Source: Eledone cirrhosa
Taxonomy: Eukaryota
NCBI GenBank assembly: GCA_964016885.1
Contig: OZ024740.1
Span: 258,168,001 to 258,232,000 of the forward strand
Reading direction: 5' to 3'
DNA length: 64,000 bases
Positions 28,731-44,634 of this stretch are shown here, piece after piece; the stretch's first letter is position 1; each line of letters begins with the position of its first letter. Made by a program: the position numbers and the translations under genes. The notes under the pieces were generated by a model. It was not told where the DNA came from and searched no databases. It was given only the letters and a program-made list of their open reading frames with translations.

Positions 28731-29719
28731 CAACGCCATCTCCATTGGCTCTCCCCCTCCCTCTATTTATGTACTACGCCATCTCCACTGACTCTCCCCC
28801 TCTCTCTATACACACACACACACATATATATATATATACCCATGTGTATGTATACAACGTTTTTGTCAGACTAAGTGTGTCTATGTATGTATCTCCTCAT
28901 TGTATTTTACACCACCTACAGGTCCATCACACCACCAGAAACACCAGTACCACAAACAACACCACACCCACAACACACACAATAATCTGCCACAAATTTA
29001 CGCCAATCTGTCTACCGACAATCCACCATCCCCACACCACAGCCTACATCAGCCTGCGACCGGCACCACCATCTTATCATCACGTCCACCCCTAACATAC
29101 ACTACAGGCGAAAACATCCCTATGATCTATTCCACCAATCAAAACAAGCCTTATTGACCAATATATGAACTTCTGACTTTATCATATAGCATGTATTCAT
29201 TTTCAACTAGCATTTTAAGGGGTCCGTCGAGCTGCAGATTACAGAGTCGGGTAAGATCGATACAGATCGAACCTTGAGCTGATCAGTGGCGAAATGCGCG
29301 TCACCAACCAATGAATGTAATGAAGGAGTAACCAATCGTCCTTGTTATCTTTTCAATATAATACACTCTGTATAGCTCTACAACTCGACACAAAAGTGAA
29401 CCTAAACATCGAGTGCTCCCCCGAGTGAACCTACTGTAACTCCAAGTTACACTCCCTAGATATATGTATATATATATATATAATGTATGTTCTTCTGGTT
29501 TTATAATTTCACAAATTTTTTCCCAATAGAGAGAGAGTCGGTTTCTAACATAGACACAAGTCTCTCTCATTGGAATTTACACAACATCAACTAGGTAGAT
29601 TATGTATCCATGCATGCATGTGTAGATATGGATGTTACTGTATGTGTGGATGTGGATATTTTGAATTGTATGTGTGCATGTGTGTATGCTTTGTATCTGT
29701 ACATGTGTATATGCAGTTA

Positions 29720-31550
29720 TTAGATGCAAAACTTTTGGAATGTTTTGCATATTTTTAAGGTTCCATTAATGGATTGTACTTGTAATTTCCTAACTAGTTG
29801 TGTTCTTTCTGTTCCTGTGAAGACTAGCTTCTCAAGATTTGTATTGAGGCAGTTGCTAACATACCGCAGTGCCCCAATAATCACAGGCATAAATCTGAAG
29901 GTGTAATCAGGGTGGAGTATCTGCAGATTTCTCATCTGTTCTGCATAAATATTCTCCTTTTCGCTAATCTTTGATATTATATTGGCATCTGCTGGGCATC
30001 TAATTTCCAATACTGTGCATGCTTTCTTCTCTCTGTCCCATATCATAATATCTGGTCTGTTATGTCTGCATTTTATTGGGGTTTTTACATTCCACCAGTA
30101 CTCTTTCATATTATGTACATGGATGTCTTTCACATTGCTGTAGCTTTTAATGTGTTTATTATCGGGGCTATCTTTTTTACGGATTGCATTGTACAGTGTT
30201 TTGGCCACTACGTCATGCCTCATAGGTAGATAGTACCGCGATGACATATTTGGGCAGCTGCTGATGACATAGGTGATATCCTCGATGTTAGTTCTGCAGA
30301 GTCTGCACTTGTTATCACATCTTTTTTCCTATGCATACCTATGTCCTTTTTCCTGTTCTTGGATTGCAAAAGCCTATCCTTCAAAGTGGGAGCCAATATA
30401 GCGGTTCTGGTCCAAGATAGACCACTCTGGAGCTTCACGGCAACATATCCATGCATGATTTTTTGCTGATAAGCATGCAGTTTTTCATCCATGGATTCAC
30501 TGCGATACTGCTGAACGACTTCCCTGGGTGTGAGTTTTTGATTATCACACAGGGAATATCTCTCGAGGATTTCCTTCCCAACTCTCATGATCTTATCTGA
30601 TTCATGCAGATAGACTTGCTCGAGAGACGGGCTCCTACGCTTCGAGGTTCGTAGATGTCGGAGGGATATGATGCGACATTCAAATGCTGTCTGGACTGAT
30701 GTTAGGCCTCTGCCTCCCTGCTTACGTTTCAAGTAAAGGCGGTCCATGTAACTGTTAATGTGGAAGTTTCCGGTGTTGTTTAGTATTTTTCGAGTTCCAA
30801 CATCAACGGCTCGGATTTCGTCTATCGTCCAATTGAGTATTCCAAACATTGGTGTTAGGACAAGCACAGCAAACACATTTGTTTTGCGCAGAGAGTTCCG
30901 ATGACCAAATCTTTCTTAATCGGGTGTAGTATTCCCTGGTTGCGTTCCTTATTACAGACACCATTATAAGATATGTCCTCATCTATCCCCAGGTATCTGT
31001 AGCAGTCCTCATCAGATATCGGTGAAACAGTTAGGCCATTGATGACAATGTTGCTAGATTGGGTTGTTGTTTTTCCCCGCTTTACAGTCAAATATTAGCA
31101 TTTATCTTAGCCAAACTCCATTCCTATATCCTTTGAGAACGTTGTAACCAGGTCAAGATTTTTCTTCATCTCATCGATGCTCTTGGCATAGAGTTTCAGA
31201 TCATCCACAAAGAAATTATGGGTTAGGTTCGTATTTCTGTCCTCCTGTGAGCCAATGATGTATCCTTCACAGTTCTTGAGCAGAAAGGACAAAGGGTTTA
31301 ATGACAAGATGAATAATATCACAGAGAGACTGTCTCCCTGAAATATACACCTGCGATATTTTATTTTATCAGTGAAAATAGAGTCCTCCCTCTCTGTCTT
31401 TAACCTTAGGATAGTAGCCCAAGAAGAAGACAGCTTCTCTATGGCTCTGATAATAATGTTTGGGACTTTAGTAAGTTGGAGGGCCTCTATCATCCTCTAT
31501 CATCAACAGAATCGAAAGCTTTCCTGTAGTCCAGCCAGACTGTAGCCATT
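29720..31550 (-). mobile_element. R4/Dong-clade retrotransposon, decayed (RT plus RLE)
   Basis: IFQGDSLS, FFVDDLKLYA, YRYLG, GGRGL, RHDVVAK, HNRPDIMIWD, FMPVIIGAL. Confidence 0.85.
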
Positions 31551-31555
31551 TGAAT

Positions 31556-31978
31556 GTTTGCTGAAAATCATGAATGTTTGATTCTTATATACAGTGTATT
31601 GCAAAATACACTTTATATACATTCATATATATATCGCTATTTCAGAGCACCAATTCTAATTTTCAATTTCTACTTGACCGGCAACCGCTCTGTATAATCA
31701 GTTCCTGATTATTACTAGAATTCTATAAGAATCAAGTATTCATGATTTTCAGCAAACAGGTGGAGTACTTCGCTTTGATAAGTACCAAAAAGTACGAAAC
31801 AGAACTCTGTCAGCTTCATCTCCCCTGTTTGCTGAAAATGTAAAGTAAGTGAGACTGTCACTACTCTAAAACAATAGTGTAAGGTCTTCGAAATGCTTTT
31901 AATTAAGCATACAGTGTATTACAAAATACACTATATATACATTCATATATATATCGCTATTTCAGAGCACCAATTCTA

Positions 31979-31982
<4 letters not shown>
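31556..31982. repeat. Composite inverted and direct repeat, pseudo-LTR-like
   Basis: 31556-31590 is inverted at 31724-31758; 31589-31662 is repeated at 31909-31982. Confidence 0.65.
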
Positions 31983-32071
<89 letters not shown>

Positions 32072-32862
32072 TGTGTGTGTGTGTTTGTTTTCATATACAT
32101 ATGTATATATGTATTCATTTTTTACGTAAGAATTTTTTGTATGTAATTGTTTTTTATATATGAAAAATTGTTTATGTTTAGAGGATTTTTTTTATAAGTA
32201 TGTGTGTCAGAAGATGTATATATAGAGTTGTTGTATATAGGTGGGTGTATGTTTTTATGTATCAGTATATGTATAAGTATGTGGGCATGTTTATGTGCCT
32301 GTGCATGTATGTTTTTATTTATATGTGTTTTGTGAATGTGTGTATATAAATATATATATGTGTATGTATATATGTGTGTATGTGCGTGTTTGTGTATGTA
32401 TATATATATGTGTATATATATGTGTATCTATATATATGTGTTTGCGTGTGTATTTGTGTATATGTATATATATGTGTATATATATATATATATTTCTATA
32501 GATATATAAGTTTTTATATTTTCATTTTATTTTTAATCTGTTATGTATTTGATAACTATTTTCTAGTTCATCTTAGGTAATTAGATTTGATACTACTAAT
32601 ATGTGTTGCTCGTCTCAGTACGTCATCTTTCTGTAGATAGCTAGTATTACTAGCTAATGTGTGTTGGACACAACACACAAAAACACAAAATATTGTAGGA
32701 CAGAACAAAGGAAAGACAAAAAATGAGTTTTGACAATATATAAACAACCATCCGGTTATCAACCGAACAACCTAATGGAAATTTATAATAAATTGAAGTG
32801 AAAACACTCAGGTGCGTGTGTTTTTAATGGCAGCATGACCCGCCGATATATATATATATATA

Positions 32863-33000
32863 TAGGAAAATAGTCAGGACCCCGACGGCAGAGCTCAAGC
32901 CATTTCGACAGCTACTTTTCCTATTACCTGCACTACTACCCAAAGTATCGAGTACTCTGGTGCGTTATGGTCCACCTGGTTCCTTACCATACTCCCTTCG

Positions 33001-33002
<2 letters not shown>
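32863..33002. repeat. Fold-back element, copy 3 (one arm only)
   Basis: One arm plus the shared tail, within (TA)n. Confidence 0.7.
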
Positions 33003-33087
<85 letters not shown>

Positions 33088-33614
33088 CCAGGTCTAGCAA
33101 ATAGAGAAACATTTTTAGATTAAATTTTAAAAAATTCGCTGTACTTACTATATGTGCTTTTACCGCGGTTCCAAAATAAACGGATAATCAAAGCGGCTTT
33201 TCATTGAGAAGTGGACTCTCTTCAGAAGGCTCTTCTCGCTCAGAGAATATAAAATTCCCGACTTTAAATCACAAACTGACGCCATACAAAACTGTTCCCA
33301 GATGAGAGTGAATGATGAAAGAAACAATTCTGTCTAGTGCCGTGTTGAGATAACACTTGGTCGTTTGAACTGCTGCTATTTCTAGTGGCAGGACATTGAC
33401 CTGTCCACCCTGCCTTCTGTCTTTGCACACGGCACTAGACAAAATTGTTTCATACACGGATCGCACCTCGAGGTGTTCGCCGGGGAAACAATCGTAACAC
33501 ACAATAAATTGAGTTCCAATGCATCACTGATTTTTCGTTTTCCATTCTATAATACTCTGCTCCGTAGGAGCATAGAGTGCTCAACTGGCATATGGAAGCG
33601 TCTTAGCTACCATT

Positions 33615-33694
<80 letters not shown>

Positions 33695-33835
33695 CATGGC
33701 CTGGGCCAATACTGGCCGAAACCTATCAAAAGTTACCAAAGTTATATATATATATATGCAAATAGTAGACAGGAAAAATATTTTTTCAGTAGAAAATGTT
33801 GAAGAGATTATTTTAGTGAACTTTCAAAGCATTAA

Positions 33836-33948
33836 TTTCAAATCCCGCCGAGGTTAACTTTGCCTTTCATCCTTATGGGGTCGATAAAATAAAGTACCAG
33901 TAATACACTGGGATAATTTCTGGCCTTGTGCCAAATGTAGAAACAATT
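33836..33948 (+). mobile_element. SINE, 5'-truncated
   Basis: Core plus 3' end. Confidence 0.85.
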
Positions 33949-33989
33949 AATTTATTTACAAAACTTCCTTATTAGGTTGGAGTAGTAAA

Positions 33990-34510
33990 CTGCCGATTAA
34001 ATAGTAGCATTTGACCTTAATTTTAAATGTGAAATAACCTTTTCAGTATGACCTTTTTCAGCTCCAAAGGACGTCATCTGAAACACAGCAATATATCGCA
34101 TAACATTGCTTCTGAAGTGTTTAGCTTCGTAAGTATGGTCTGTAAGCAGTATATGGATAAAAGCTGGAGGGTCCGCTATCAGTGGAAGTCTGACCTTTCC
34201 TCCTAAGCAACACAGGCCAAGTGTAATATCCATGCTACCTTTCGCGACTTTAGGATCATTTCTGTAATTCTTGAATGGATCATATGAAAACGCAGCTTTT
34301 AGCCAGTTTATTCTGCCTTGAAGAGACGTTTGTGCTCGTCGAGTTTACATCACAAGTCTCATTGCCTCTTGGTGACTTTCATATTGAACCTCTATTTATT
34401 GCGATAGTCTTTCTTCTTGCCTTAATTATCTGTCTCCTGTCTCAGGTTCTCTACACTTTCAGAACGTTGCGATCGTCTTTCTTATTGCTTTCCGTCCCAT
34501 ATTCTGAATT
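33990..34510 (-). mobile_element. Helitron RepHel N-terminal coding fragment
   Basis: AAFSYDP...GLCCLGGKVRLPLIADPP...KHFRSNVMRYIAVFQMTSFGAE resembles the conserved CC..GKV.LP / YNS.FQMTSFG region of animal Helitrons. Confidence 0.75.
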
Positions 34511-34917
34511 AGGTCAATAATAACATGTGACACTATCCTCAAAAAGCTAAATTAATGTACATCGTAGATTAATTTCAAATAGTATCAATTGTTTCTGTGT
34601 TCTGTGAAATCAAAGACTGCTGTAAAACAACTTTATAAAAGCTAACGCAATATTATTAAACTTTCAACTGATACTTTGATCTATAGACTTTTGTGGGACG
34701 TCGCCCCCCCCCCTTTCTGAATATCTAACACTTTAATTGTATCTCTCTCTGTATAACCGCATATCTCTCACCCTCTGGCTCTCCCTCTGTGATTCTCTCT
34801 CTTTGGATGTGTGTGTGTGCCCCTTATGTCAGTCACGACAGAAATGTATGTATTCACACACACACTCTCACATACACTCACCCACATATAGATGTCTGTA
34901 GACACATGAATACGTAG

Positions 34918-35340
34918 ATGTGTGTGTGTGTTTAATTCTCTCTGTATCTGATTAAATATTTACGTGAAGATAATGTGTATGCGACTTAATAAGGCCTAAC
35001 GTACGTAAGGAACGCACAAACACACACACACTCATAGACACGTACACACTCACATACAAAAGGTGAGGTCGTCGTCGTCATCTTCGTGTTATAAAATGTC
35101 GGTTACTTATAATTGAAGTCGTCAGATATGTATATGTATGTGTTGATGTGTGTGTGTGTGTGTGTGTTTAATTCTCTGTGTATCTGTTTAAATATTCACG
35201 TGAAGATAATGTGAATGCAACTTACTAAAGCCTAACGTACGTAACGAACGCGCAAATACACACATAACCACAGATTCATAAACACTCATATACAAAATAT
35301 GACCTTGTCGTCGTCGTGTTATAAAATGTCGTTTACTTAT
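34918..35340. repeat. Tandem duplication of a ~200-230-bp unit
   Basis: 34918-35110 resembles 35145-35340. Confidence 0.8.
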
Positions 35341-35686
35341 CTATATATCTAAAACAGAGAATGTATGTCTGTCTTTCTGCTGGCTGTCTGTCCGACTCCC
35401 TAAAACTCGAGAACCAACCAACCGATTGTTTTCAAACTTTACACATGTAATACTTATGGTAATACTTATGAGTGTTTTGAGCGAAAACAATTTCAAATTT
35501 TCAATGCCCTAGGGACCGCATTAGGCGATTTAGCTATCTCTCTCTATAATTATTAGTCTTTCATTTTAGTTAGATACATAGATATAACGTTGCACCCTTA
35601 TAATATCTGTATGTCTGGCTGTCTGCATTACGACGTTATGACGCTACATATATGTGTGTGTGTGTGTGGATATGTATATATATATA

Positions 35687-35756
<70 letters not shown>

Positions 35757-36124
35757 TGTGTGTGTGTAACGGTTTTCGAAATATTTACTTCTGCGTTCAC
35801 AGATTGATTTTTTAGTTTCAGAAGATCCCGTTAAGGGTGAAAGCACCGATTTTTGCTAAAACTATAATCTGTTATTTTAATATATATATATATATAAATT
35901 AATAAAAATAATGAAATAAAAACAAAAAACAGGTTCCTTATATTGAAAAATTCATAATTTTTATTTCATTGTTTTTATTAATTTATCTAGACTCTGTTTT
36001 TATATGATTTTTATCGTTAATTTTTGAATGCATTTTCTCTTTTCTTTATATCTTCTATATTTGGATCACATTGAGTTCTTCATACGGATTGGACACTACC
36101 GTTTATTTTGGTAGATTTATCTAC

Positions 36125-36155
<31 letters not shown>

Positions 36156-36306
36156 ATTATATATTCGTGTACAGATATTTTTGCATACACAATAACAAAA
36201 TATAAACAAACGTATTTATTTCACAAGGCTCGATAAGGATAAATATATATCAAATATATGAGAAGCCTAGAACAAATCCCGAGTAACGCCGGGCCATTCT
36301 GCTAGT
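35340..36306 (+). mobile_element. Probable non-autonomous Helitron with nested inserts
   Basis: 5' A|TCTATATATCTAAAAC followed by (TGTC)n-like repeats; 3' CCCGAGTAACGCCGGG hairpin then CTGCTAG|T. Pairing of the two ends is inferred. Confidence 0.5.
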
Positions 36307-36309
36307 AGT

Positions 36310-36520
36310 TGACTATAGAAAAATTATTTTGGTTAAAATATTATATTGTTTTAATCTAAATGAAAATAAAAAATACATGTTATTAATCCCGGGGTCTAAT
36401 ACTATTACAACGTAAAATATTATTTTATTTGCTCCAACCGTTTCAGAGTCCATAAGGAAAAGACAGACAGACAGATAGACAGATAGACAGAGGGACACAG
36501 AATTTCATATATATATAGAT
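36310..36520 (-). mobile_element. Non-autonomous Helitron 5' portion
   Basis: Minus strand ATCTATATATATATGAAATTCTGTGTC...(CTGT)n...GAAACGGTTGG. Confidence 0.45.
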
Positions 36521-36535
36521 TATATTATATATATA

Positions 36536-36657
36536 ACGATCTGAGTTCAAATCCTGCCGAGGTTAACTTTACCTTTCATCCTCACGGGGTCGATAAAACA
36601 AAGTACCAGTAATGAACTGGGTATTTGCTGGCCTTGTGCCTAAAATAGAAACAATTA
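36536..36657 (+). mobile_element. SINE, 5'-truncated
   Basis: B box, core and 3' end. Confidence 0.85.
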
Positions 36658-36732
36658 TATATATAACTGTATATGAGAGAGAGAGTGTGTGTGTGTAAAT
36701 AGATAGATAGATGAATAGACAGATATAATTAG

Positions 36733-36841
<109 letters not shown>

Positions 36842-37004
36842 ACTATTATGTTACAAACCAAAATTAAAAGTGTAAGACATTTAATTTCTAACAATTGTTT
36901 CTTCCTAAACGAATATACATCAAACAACAAATTATTTTATTCAACAATCTGCTGTTCTGAAAGTGCTATATAGAATGTAAGAAGCAGCAGCAGCAGAGGT
37001 AGTG

Positions 37005-37137
37005 AAAGTAGTAGTAGTAGTAGTAGTAGTAGTAGAAGAAGAAGAAGAAGAAGAAGAAGAAGAAGAAGAAGAAGAAGAAGAAGAAGAAGAAGAAGAAGAA
37101 GAAGAAGAAGAAGAAGAAGAAGAAGAAGAAGAAGAAG
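37005..37137. repeat. (GTA)n-(GAA)n microsatellite
   Basis: Directly visible. Confidence 0.95.
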
Positions 37138-37244
37138 ACGGCTCAGTACCATCATCACCAACAATAAAAATAACAGCATCAGCATTAGCATCACCTGAAA
37201 GATTTCGTGTGATAATACCTACGAGACCTTTGGATCATATAGCC

Positions 37245-37291
<47 letters not shown>

Positions 37292-37551
37292 TCCATCTCT
37301 CTCCCTTCTCTCTCTCCCTTATTCTCTCCTCACCCTGTATATATATATATATATATATATATATGTCTGTGTATGTGTGTGTGTGTGTATACTTTCTATA
37401 ATTATCTCTCCTCTTTCCTTTTCCTTGATCATACATATATATTTCCACCAATGAAAATTGGATATATAGGTGAGTAGAGTGGTAGATAGTTGGATGTATG
37501 GATAGATAGGTGGGTAGATAGAGAGAGGGTCATTGAGTGATATGTGGAAGG

Positions 37552-37583
<32 letters not shown>

Positions 37584-40500
37584 TGTAGTTGTAAGGAAGA
37601 TTTTGTGTGATAAGCGCCACAAGGTCTTCGTAATACATATATATATATATATATATATACTTTCTACAATTCTTTCTGCTTTCTCATTGATCAACATAGA
37701 TCTCCAGCAATGATAACGGGGGGTATCTATTTGTTAGTTGCCGTGTCACATCGTACCATGCCTGCCATAATGTGCCACGGTGTGTCGTTTGACGTGTGAG
37801 AGATGAAGATTCGCCAATTCGCCATTGGAAAATTCGATAGATGATTTAGGACAGAAAGGTCGTTCGTATTATTATTGCTAGGGTTAAAGGCTGTGTAATA
37901 CTGTCTATGTGTAAAACGAGACCATATGCCTTTGATCAAGATTAATCCATATCAGTCGCTAACATCACTGAAATGTAATAAACCAAAGAGGATGGTGTCA
38001 TTGGTCGCAAATATGGCGATATTTTTATATTATATTTTATTTTTTAAAGATTGTTATTATTATTATTGTTACTATTGTTGGGGGTGATGGTGGTTATTTC
38101 CCGTTGTTGTTTCTATTGTTGTTGTTGTTGGTGCTGTTTCTGCAGGTATTGTTGTTGTTACTGTTGTTCTTGTTGTCATTGTTACTGTTACTGTGTTACT
38201 GTTATTGCCCTCGCTGCTTCTTCTGCTGTTGTTGTTGTTTCTCTTGTTGCTGTCGTTGATGCTGCTGTTTTTGTTGTTGTTGCTGCTCTCGTTATTGTTG
38301 TTGTTATTGTTGTTACTGTTATGCTGCTGCTGCTGCCTTTTGTTGTTATTGATGTTGTTATTATTGTTGCTGTTGTTAATAATATTGTTATCGATACTAT
38401 TGTTATTAATGATATTATCTGTTTTGTTTTGTGTTGGTTTATTTTTTGTTTTTATACGAGAAGCAACCTAAACGAAAGCACCAAGGTGCTGAACTCAGAC
38501 ACCCCATCTTCCACGCCTTTTTTCCCAGGCAGAGAGAGGCAGAGAGGAGGGGGAGGAAGAGGAGGGAGAGGTGGGGTAAATAATCAGAGAGAAGGAATGT
38601 AATAGATAGACAGTATGGAAGAGAAGTGAAAGAGGTGTAGAGAGATTGAAAGATCGTAAAAGGCAATGAGGGAAAGAGGGACAGAAACATTGAGAGAGGG
38701 AGGAAGAAGGAATGAGATAGTAAGGAACAGACGATGTGAGCGATAGGTGTGTAGAAATAGACAGAGAGAGATATTGAAATAAGGCGAAAGATAATTAAAG
38801 AGAGAAAAACAAGAGAAAGATGGAGGTGACGAAGTGAGAATTGGAAAAAAATAAAAGTCAGATCCTGTATGTTATAAATATATAATTGTTTGATAATAAG
38901 GAGGTTTGCCGGATTTATTAATATAAGTAACTTTACCATTATTAAGCAGGCGTCTGTAACATATCTTAACAAAGGTTCTTACATAAAATTGTGTTGGAAG
39001 GATTTTATATAAATAGTCTATAAATGGAGTGAAGTGATTTGAACAAATGTTATTTCAATACCAGACAAACCGTTATCCACAAGTAAAAGAATCGATATTT
39101 CAGCATCGGACGTGCTCTACACATTATCTCGTTGAAAATAGAGTAAAACAATTTAAAGAAACATTATTTTAATGTCGGATTTAGCATTATATAATGTTCA
39201 TTTGGAAATAAATTCAACTGAAGAATTTTCATTGCAATAACGAAAGTGCTATTTTCTAGGATTTAAAGGAAAGTTATCTCAATACAAAGATGTTCGTGTA
39301 GAGAAAATAATTTGTAGTTTGTCAGTGATAACCTTATGGACGAACTGGTATGCTGGTTTTCACCTAACTCTCACTTCTGACTCCGGTACATTTTTCAACC
39401 ATACCCCGGTAACTGTTCTGTCGGCAGGTTAAACGTATTGAGGGACTTAACGCCTGGAGCGAAGATAGCCACTGCCAAGATTTTCTAACTTTCACAGAAA
39501 TCCCATGAATGACACACAGTCAAACGTCTGGAGTGGGACCCTGACGACTGGCTGCATCGTCGGAACATAATTGATTTGCATTTATTAATGAACACTTTAG
39601 AATAAATAGATTTGTATGGTAAAGGCGGTGGCGTTATGATAACAAAAAGGCTAAAAAATTACGTTTTGACAGCATTGTAATTTTGCACTGCACAATAACA
39701 AGAACAGGGGTGAGAACAACAGCAACAACGAGGACAACTGCAAAACCAGCAATAGCAACAACAAAAAGAACAACGTAATAGCAATTGATATAGCAAAAAA
39801 TGGTGGTGGTGATTGTGGTGATTGCGATGATGATGCTCGTAGCAGACACTAAACTAGATAAGATTTTCCACGACAAAACATGACAATAGTCTGACAATTG
39901 TGTGAGGATAAATGTTTGAGATAGCAGTATCACCTGAGTAGAATGTTCTAGAATGTTCGAGAGAATCTCATTGATAATCTATCGTATTAGACGTATTATG
40001 AGAGTTAGGCAATGTATCTGTTGGCATGTTTAATTACTGTAATATAATGAAATGGGTCCCCGTCTTTTACGACGATGAGTTTTCCCGTTGTTCAACTTAA
40101 GTGACTGAGCATTCCACAGACATGAATGAGCATACTTAACGAATCTGGTACTTTGAATTACGGTTATAATCCATCTGACGGGCTTCCAAACATTATGCCA
40201 GTATCTTGAAATGTCTTTGCAAAAACATATAAATGGGTATATATGACTTGTGCATATAGCCAATTGGAAATGTGCTTGATATATATTCTACCTTGTAGGT
40301 AGAATTGTAAGAGATCACTTACCATTGGTAGTAAGGGCTGTCCACAAATGTGGGGGAACCCTCCTCATTAGCCTTAGATGGTTGCATGTAATGTTTCTTC
40401 ATTTTATAGCTCTTTATTAGCCTATTTGTAAATCCTTGAGGGGGTGGTGAAATGGGTGAAAGAAACCAGAACTCGAGTTTTACTGTAGTAAGAAACATAA

Positions 40501-40686
40501 TACCAAGTGTTACATTCACCCAGGGACCTGGGGCTCTCTGGATGTCTGTGTGTATGCGTATGCTTCAGTGTTCATGTAAATAGATACATAGATAGATAGA
40601 GATGTAGGTAGGTGAAAAAGTAGGCAGGTAAATATGTATGCATGTATGTATGTGTGTGTATGTGTGTGAGTGTGTGTGTGTAATTA

Positions 40687-40744
<58 letters not shown>

Positions 40745-42601
40745 TATGTATATGTGTATATATATATCGAGTGAGAGAAAGAGCGAGCGAGAGAAAGACA
40801 TATATACATATATATAGAGAGAAAGAGATAGAGATAGAGATGAATAGATAGATAGATAGATAGATGGATAGTTCCATGAATGCCTTTCTTCAAAAATGCT
40901 AAGTAGTGTATTTGAGATAAGTATGATAGATTAATTTGCTCATTCTAATTATCTAAGGCTTGATAAGATTATGTCTGAAATGATATATATACAGAACTGA
41001 TAATAGATATATATACCTGATAAATCACATCAAGCACACACACGCAATCGCACGGGCACACACAGACACACAAACAAATGTATATATATATATATGAGTG
41101 TGTCTGTGTGTGTGTGAGGGGGGGTTATTTGCGGTACAGAAGAATACATGTATGTTTTTTATACATATATTCATTTGTGTATTATATATATATTTGTGTA
41201 TATATCAGAGATATAGAAAACATTTACTACGGTAGAACTAGTATATATTACAGTAATTATTCATGTTTAAGTACAGCTATGAGTATCTATTTATAATACA
41301 AAACTATTGGCAAACTGTTTCGCTGAAAAAGATGTGCCAATTTTGAAATACCAATGAGGGCGACCCTACCAAATGTTCCCATCTGCTGGTGTGGACCTCC
41401 TCCACGTGTATTAAAGAAATGAAGGACATGTAGAAAATATTAAGTTACGACTGAGGAGAATTTCCTCACATAATTTGCTGGTTAGGCCCCAAAAATCAAC
41501 ACAGTCGATATTTAGAATACGATAAATATATAGTATAAGAGTTTACATTTATCTTTTAACCAATTTTAAGTAAGGTTTTTAGTAACTTCAATATGTTTAG
41601 AATAATAGACAATATGTTTCAAGTAATAGACATCCCTATTGAATAGTCTTTGAAATAATAAATATGTTACAGTTGTTATTTATAGAATAATGGGCATGAT
41701 AGTGTGTGAGTGGGGGTGGGGTGGGGAGCATTTATAAGTGCGTGTATGTATGTGTATACAAACCCTGCACTGAAGAGGAGACACTATTTACTAATGTATA
41801 AATACTCAACAACTCCTTCCAAAATCCCAAAATGTTGATACACTGCTAAAGTGTACATTCCTAATACTCTAAATATGTCGTTTTCTAATTGTACCTCTTT
41901 CTTCATAGCCTACATATTCGCCGAGAGTGAAAGAAACAGAATGTGTATGAGAAAGAAAGGGGATCAGGTAAGGCAAAGAGAAAAAGCAAAAACAGGACGA
42001 AGAAAATGAGATAGACAAAAAGCAGTTAATAGTGAGGGATAAATAGATAGATATAGAGAGAGAAAAAAAGTGAGAGAGAGAAAGAAAGAAAGAGAGAGAG
42101 GGGTGGGAGAAAGTGAGAGTGGCAGAGATAGAGAAATATAGAATGTGAAAATGGAAAGGAGAGATAAAGCGAGAGACAGGAAGAGAAGCTGGGAGTAGAA
42201 GAAGGATCCAAACAGATAAGAAGAAAGTTAGGGATTGAAATACAATGTCTTGCGTTATGATAAATTCACTGCTTTCAGTTCAAATTCGAGCAAGGCGTGG
42301 CTGGAGGTGAGAGGGGAGTCACCACACTTGATCTTTCACCTTTCACTTGTCGGAAAATTAATAGAATTAAAATGCTAGGGGTCGATTCAATCAACTTCAC
42401 ATTTCTATTTTATATTATTCTTTAAAAAAAAACACAATAAGAATCATATATAACCTACCGACCGACACCCACCATTCCCCACTCAAAACGCGCCAACTTC
42501 TCCCTCTGTCACTCTCTCTCACTTTTACCTAACAAAAGATATTTCGTTATAAAACTTTGATCATTATCATTCTATATCACGCTGTTATAACTCTTCTTCT
42601 T

Positions 42602-42721
<120 letters not shown>

Positions 42722-43108
42722 TGCTACCTCTACACTTGACTTTTACAATTCTTATAATTGTCTTTGTCATCGTTGTCGTTGTTGTTGCTGTTGTAGTTGT
42801 AGTTGTAGTTGCAATTGCATAAAAAAAAATTCGTTGTAAGAGTTTACACTCATCTTTTAACCAATACTGACAGCTTGCTATCACTAACAGCATCAAAAGA
42901 ACGAAAACACCTTTCTGTAAACTGACATGGCTTCTCCAATAAAACTCTCTCTGCTTACTTGGCACATTACAGCGCAGCCATGATTGCATGGCAAGGTGTT
43001 CTCGTCAAATGAGCACGTGAAATTTGGCACGTAATCTTCTCCATTCCTTATCAATTTCAAATATATGTGTTGCCATGCCTTCATTTACTTCTTTTACGGA
43101 AATTGTAC

Positions 43109-43163
<55 letters not shown>

Positions 43164-43202
43164 CATACACACACATACATATATATATGTGTGTGCGTAT
43201 GA

Positions 43203-43251
<49 letters not shown>

Positions 43252-43381
43252 TATAAATGTATAATTAGGTAGTAACATGTGCTTAAGCCGTATTTGACTA
43301 CATATATTTGTATGTAAGTACGTATGTATGTTTATATATACTAATACGTGTGTCTCTGTGTACACAATTATATATATATAT

Positions 43382-43507
<126 letters not shown>

Positions 43508-43810
43508 GTGTACACACATACACGTGTGCACACACATATATTGGTATGTTAATTTGTATTTTCTCTGAAGAGGTTTCGTTGTTGTTAAAGACCTTTGTTA
43601 TTGATATTGCTGCTGCTGCTGCTGCTGTTGTTATTGATATTGCTGCTGTTGTTGTGGTTGGCTTTGTGTATTTCTTGTATTTTTTAAAAGTTTCGAATCA
43701 GAAAGACGGATCAAAAGTTTTGATATATATGTCATACATGGTGATATCGTGAGATATATAATAGTGATAGAACAACGCCTGATATCGCAGCATCTGTTAA
43801 ACATGCACAC

Positions 43811-43870
<60 letters not shown>

Positions 43871-43883
43871 TTGTGTGTAAGAG

Positions 43884-43917
<34 letters not shown>

Positions 43918-44132
43918 CGCGTGTGTGTGTGTCTGTGAGTCTGTGAGAGGGTATGTATATATATGTGCACCTGCCTAAGTTTATGTATTCATGCTAAACA
44001 CACAGGTATGATCATATGTGCGTGTATATGTTTGCGTATGTGTACATGCATGCATAGGGTGTATTTACCATATTCTGTGTACACATGAATATATACATAC
44101 ACACACATGCACACACACACACGCACACACAT

Positions 44133-44163
<31 letters not shown>

Positions 44164-44299
44164 CACACCTATATATATGTGTGTATGTGTATACATGAGC
44201 ACACATATATAGGTAATGAGCGATTAAATTCCAAGATAATGCATACATCTACATTTATCAAGTTACAAAATTTTCCTTCATAAAAAAAATAAACATTGA

Positions 44300-44584
44300 A
44301 GTATTTGTCAACGACAATAACGACAACAACAACAAAAACAATAACGACATGAATACTGACAATATCACCAAGGTTACATTGTTATATTCATTATCAACAT
44401 CAACTTCACAGAGAATGCCTTACCACCATCATCGTTATCAACGTTACCATAATCATTATTGTTATAACTTTCATCTGCAGCAGCTACACCTTCAATAATG
44501 TCGACAGCAACAAGAAGAAAAACACCATCATCGCCTCCAAAAACATCACCAGCAACATTAAGATCATCAAGAATACATTATCAC

Positions 44585-44634
<50 letters not shown>

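Noticed and set aside
29221-29305. Hammerhead-like GGT-CCGTCGA...GAAA-TGCGCG-TC-ACC
   Set aside because: Two core substitutions and only a 3-bp stem I; not called as a feature.
37002-38602. Poly-E, poly-L and V/C-rich ORFs
   Set aside because: Trinucleotide repeat artefacts; no domain or splice support.
39300-40520. Unique-looking sequence as possible host exons
   Set aside because: No recognisable protein motif or consistent exon frame; needs RNA-seq or homology search.
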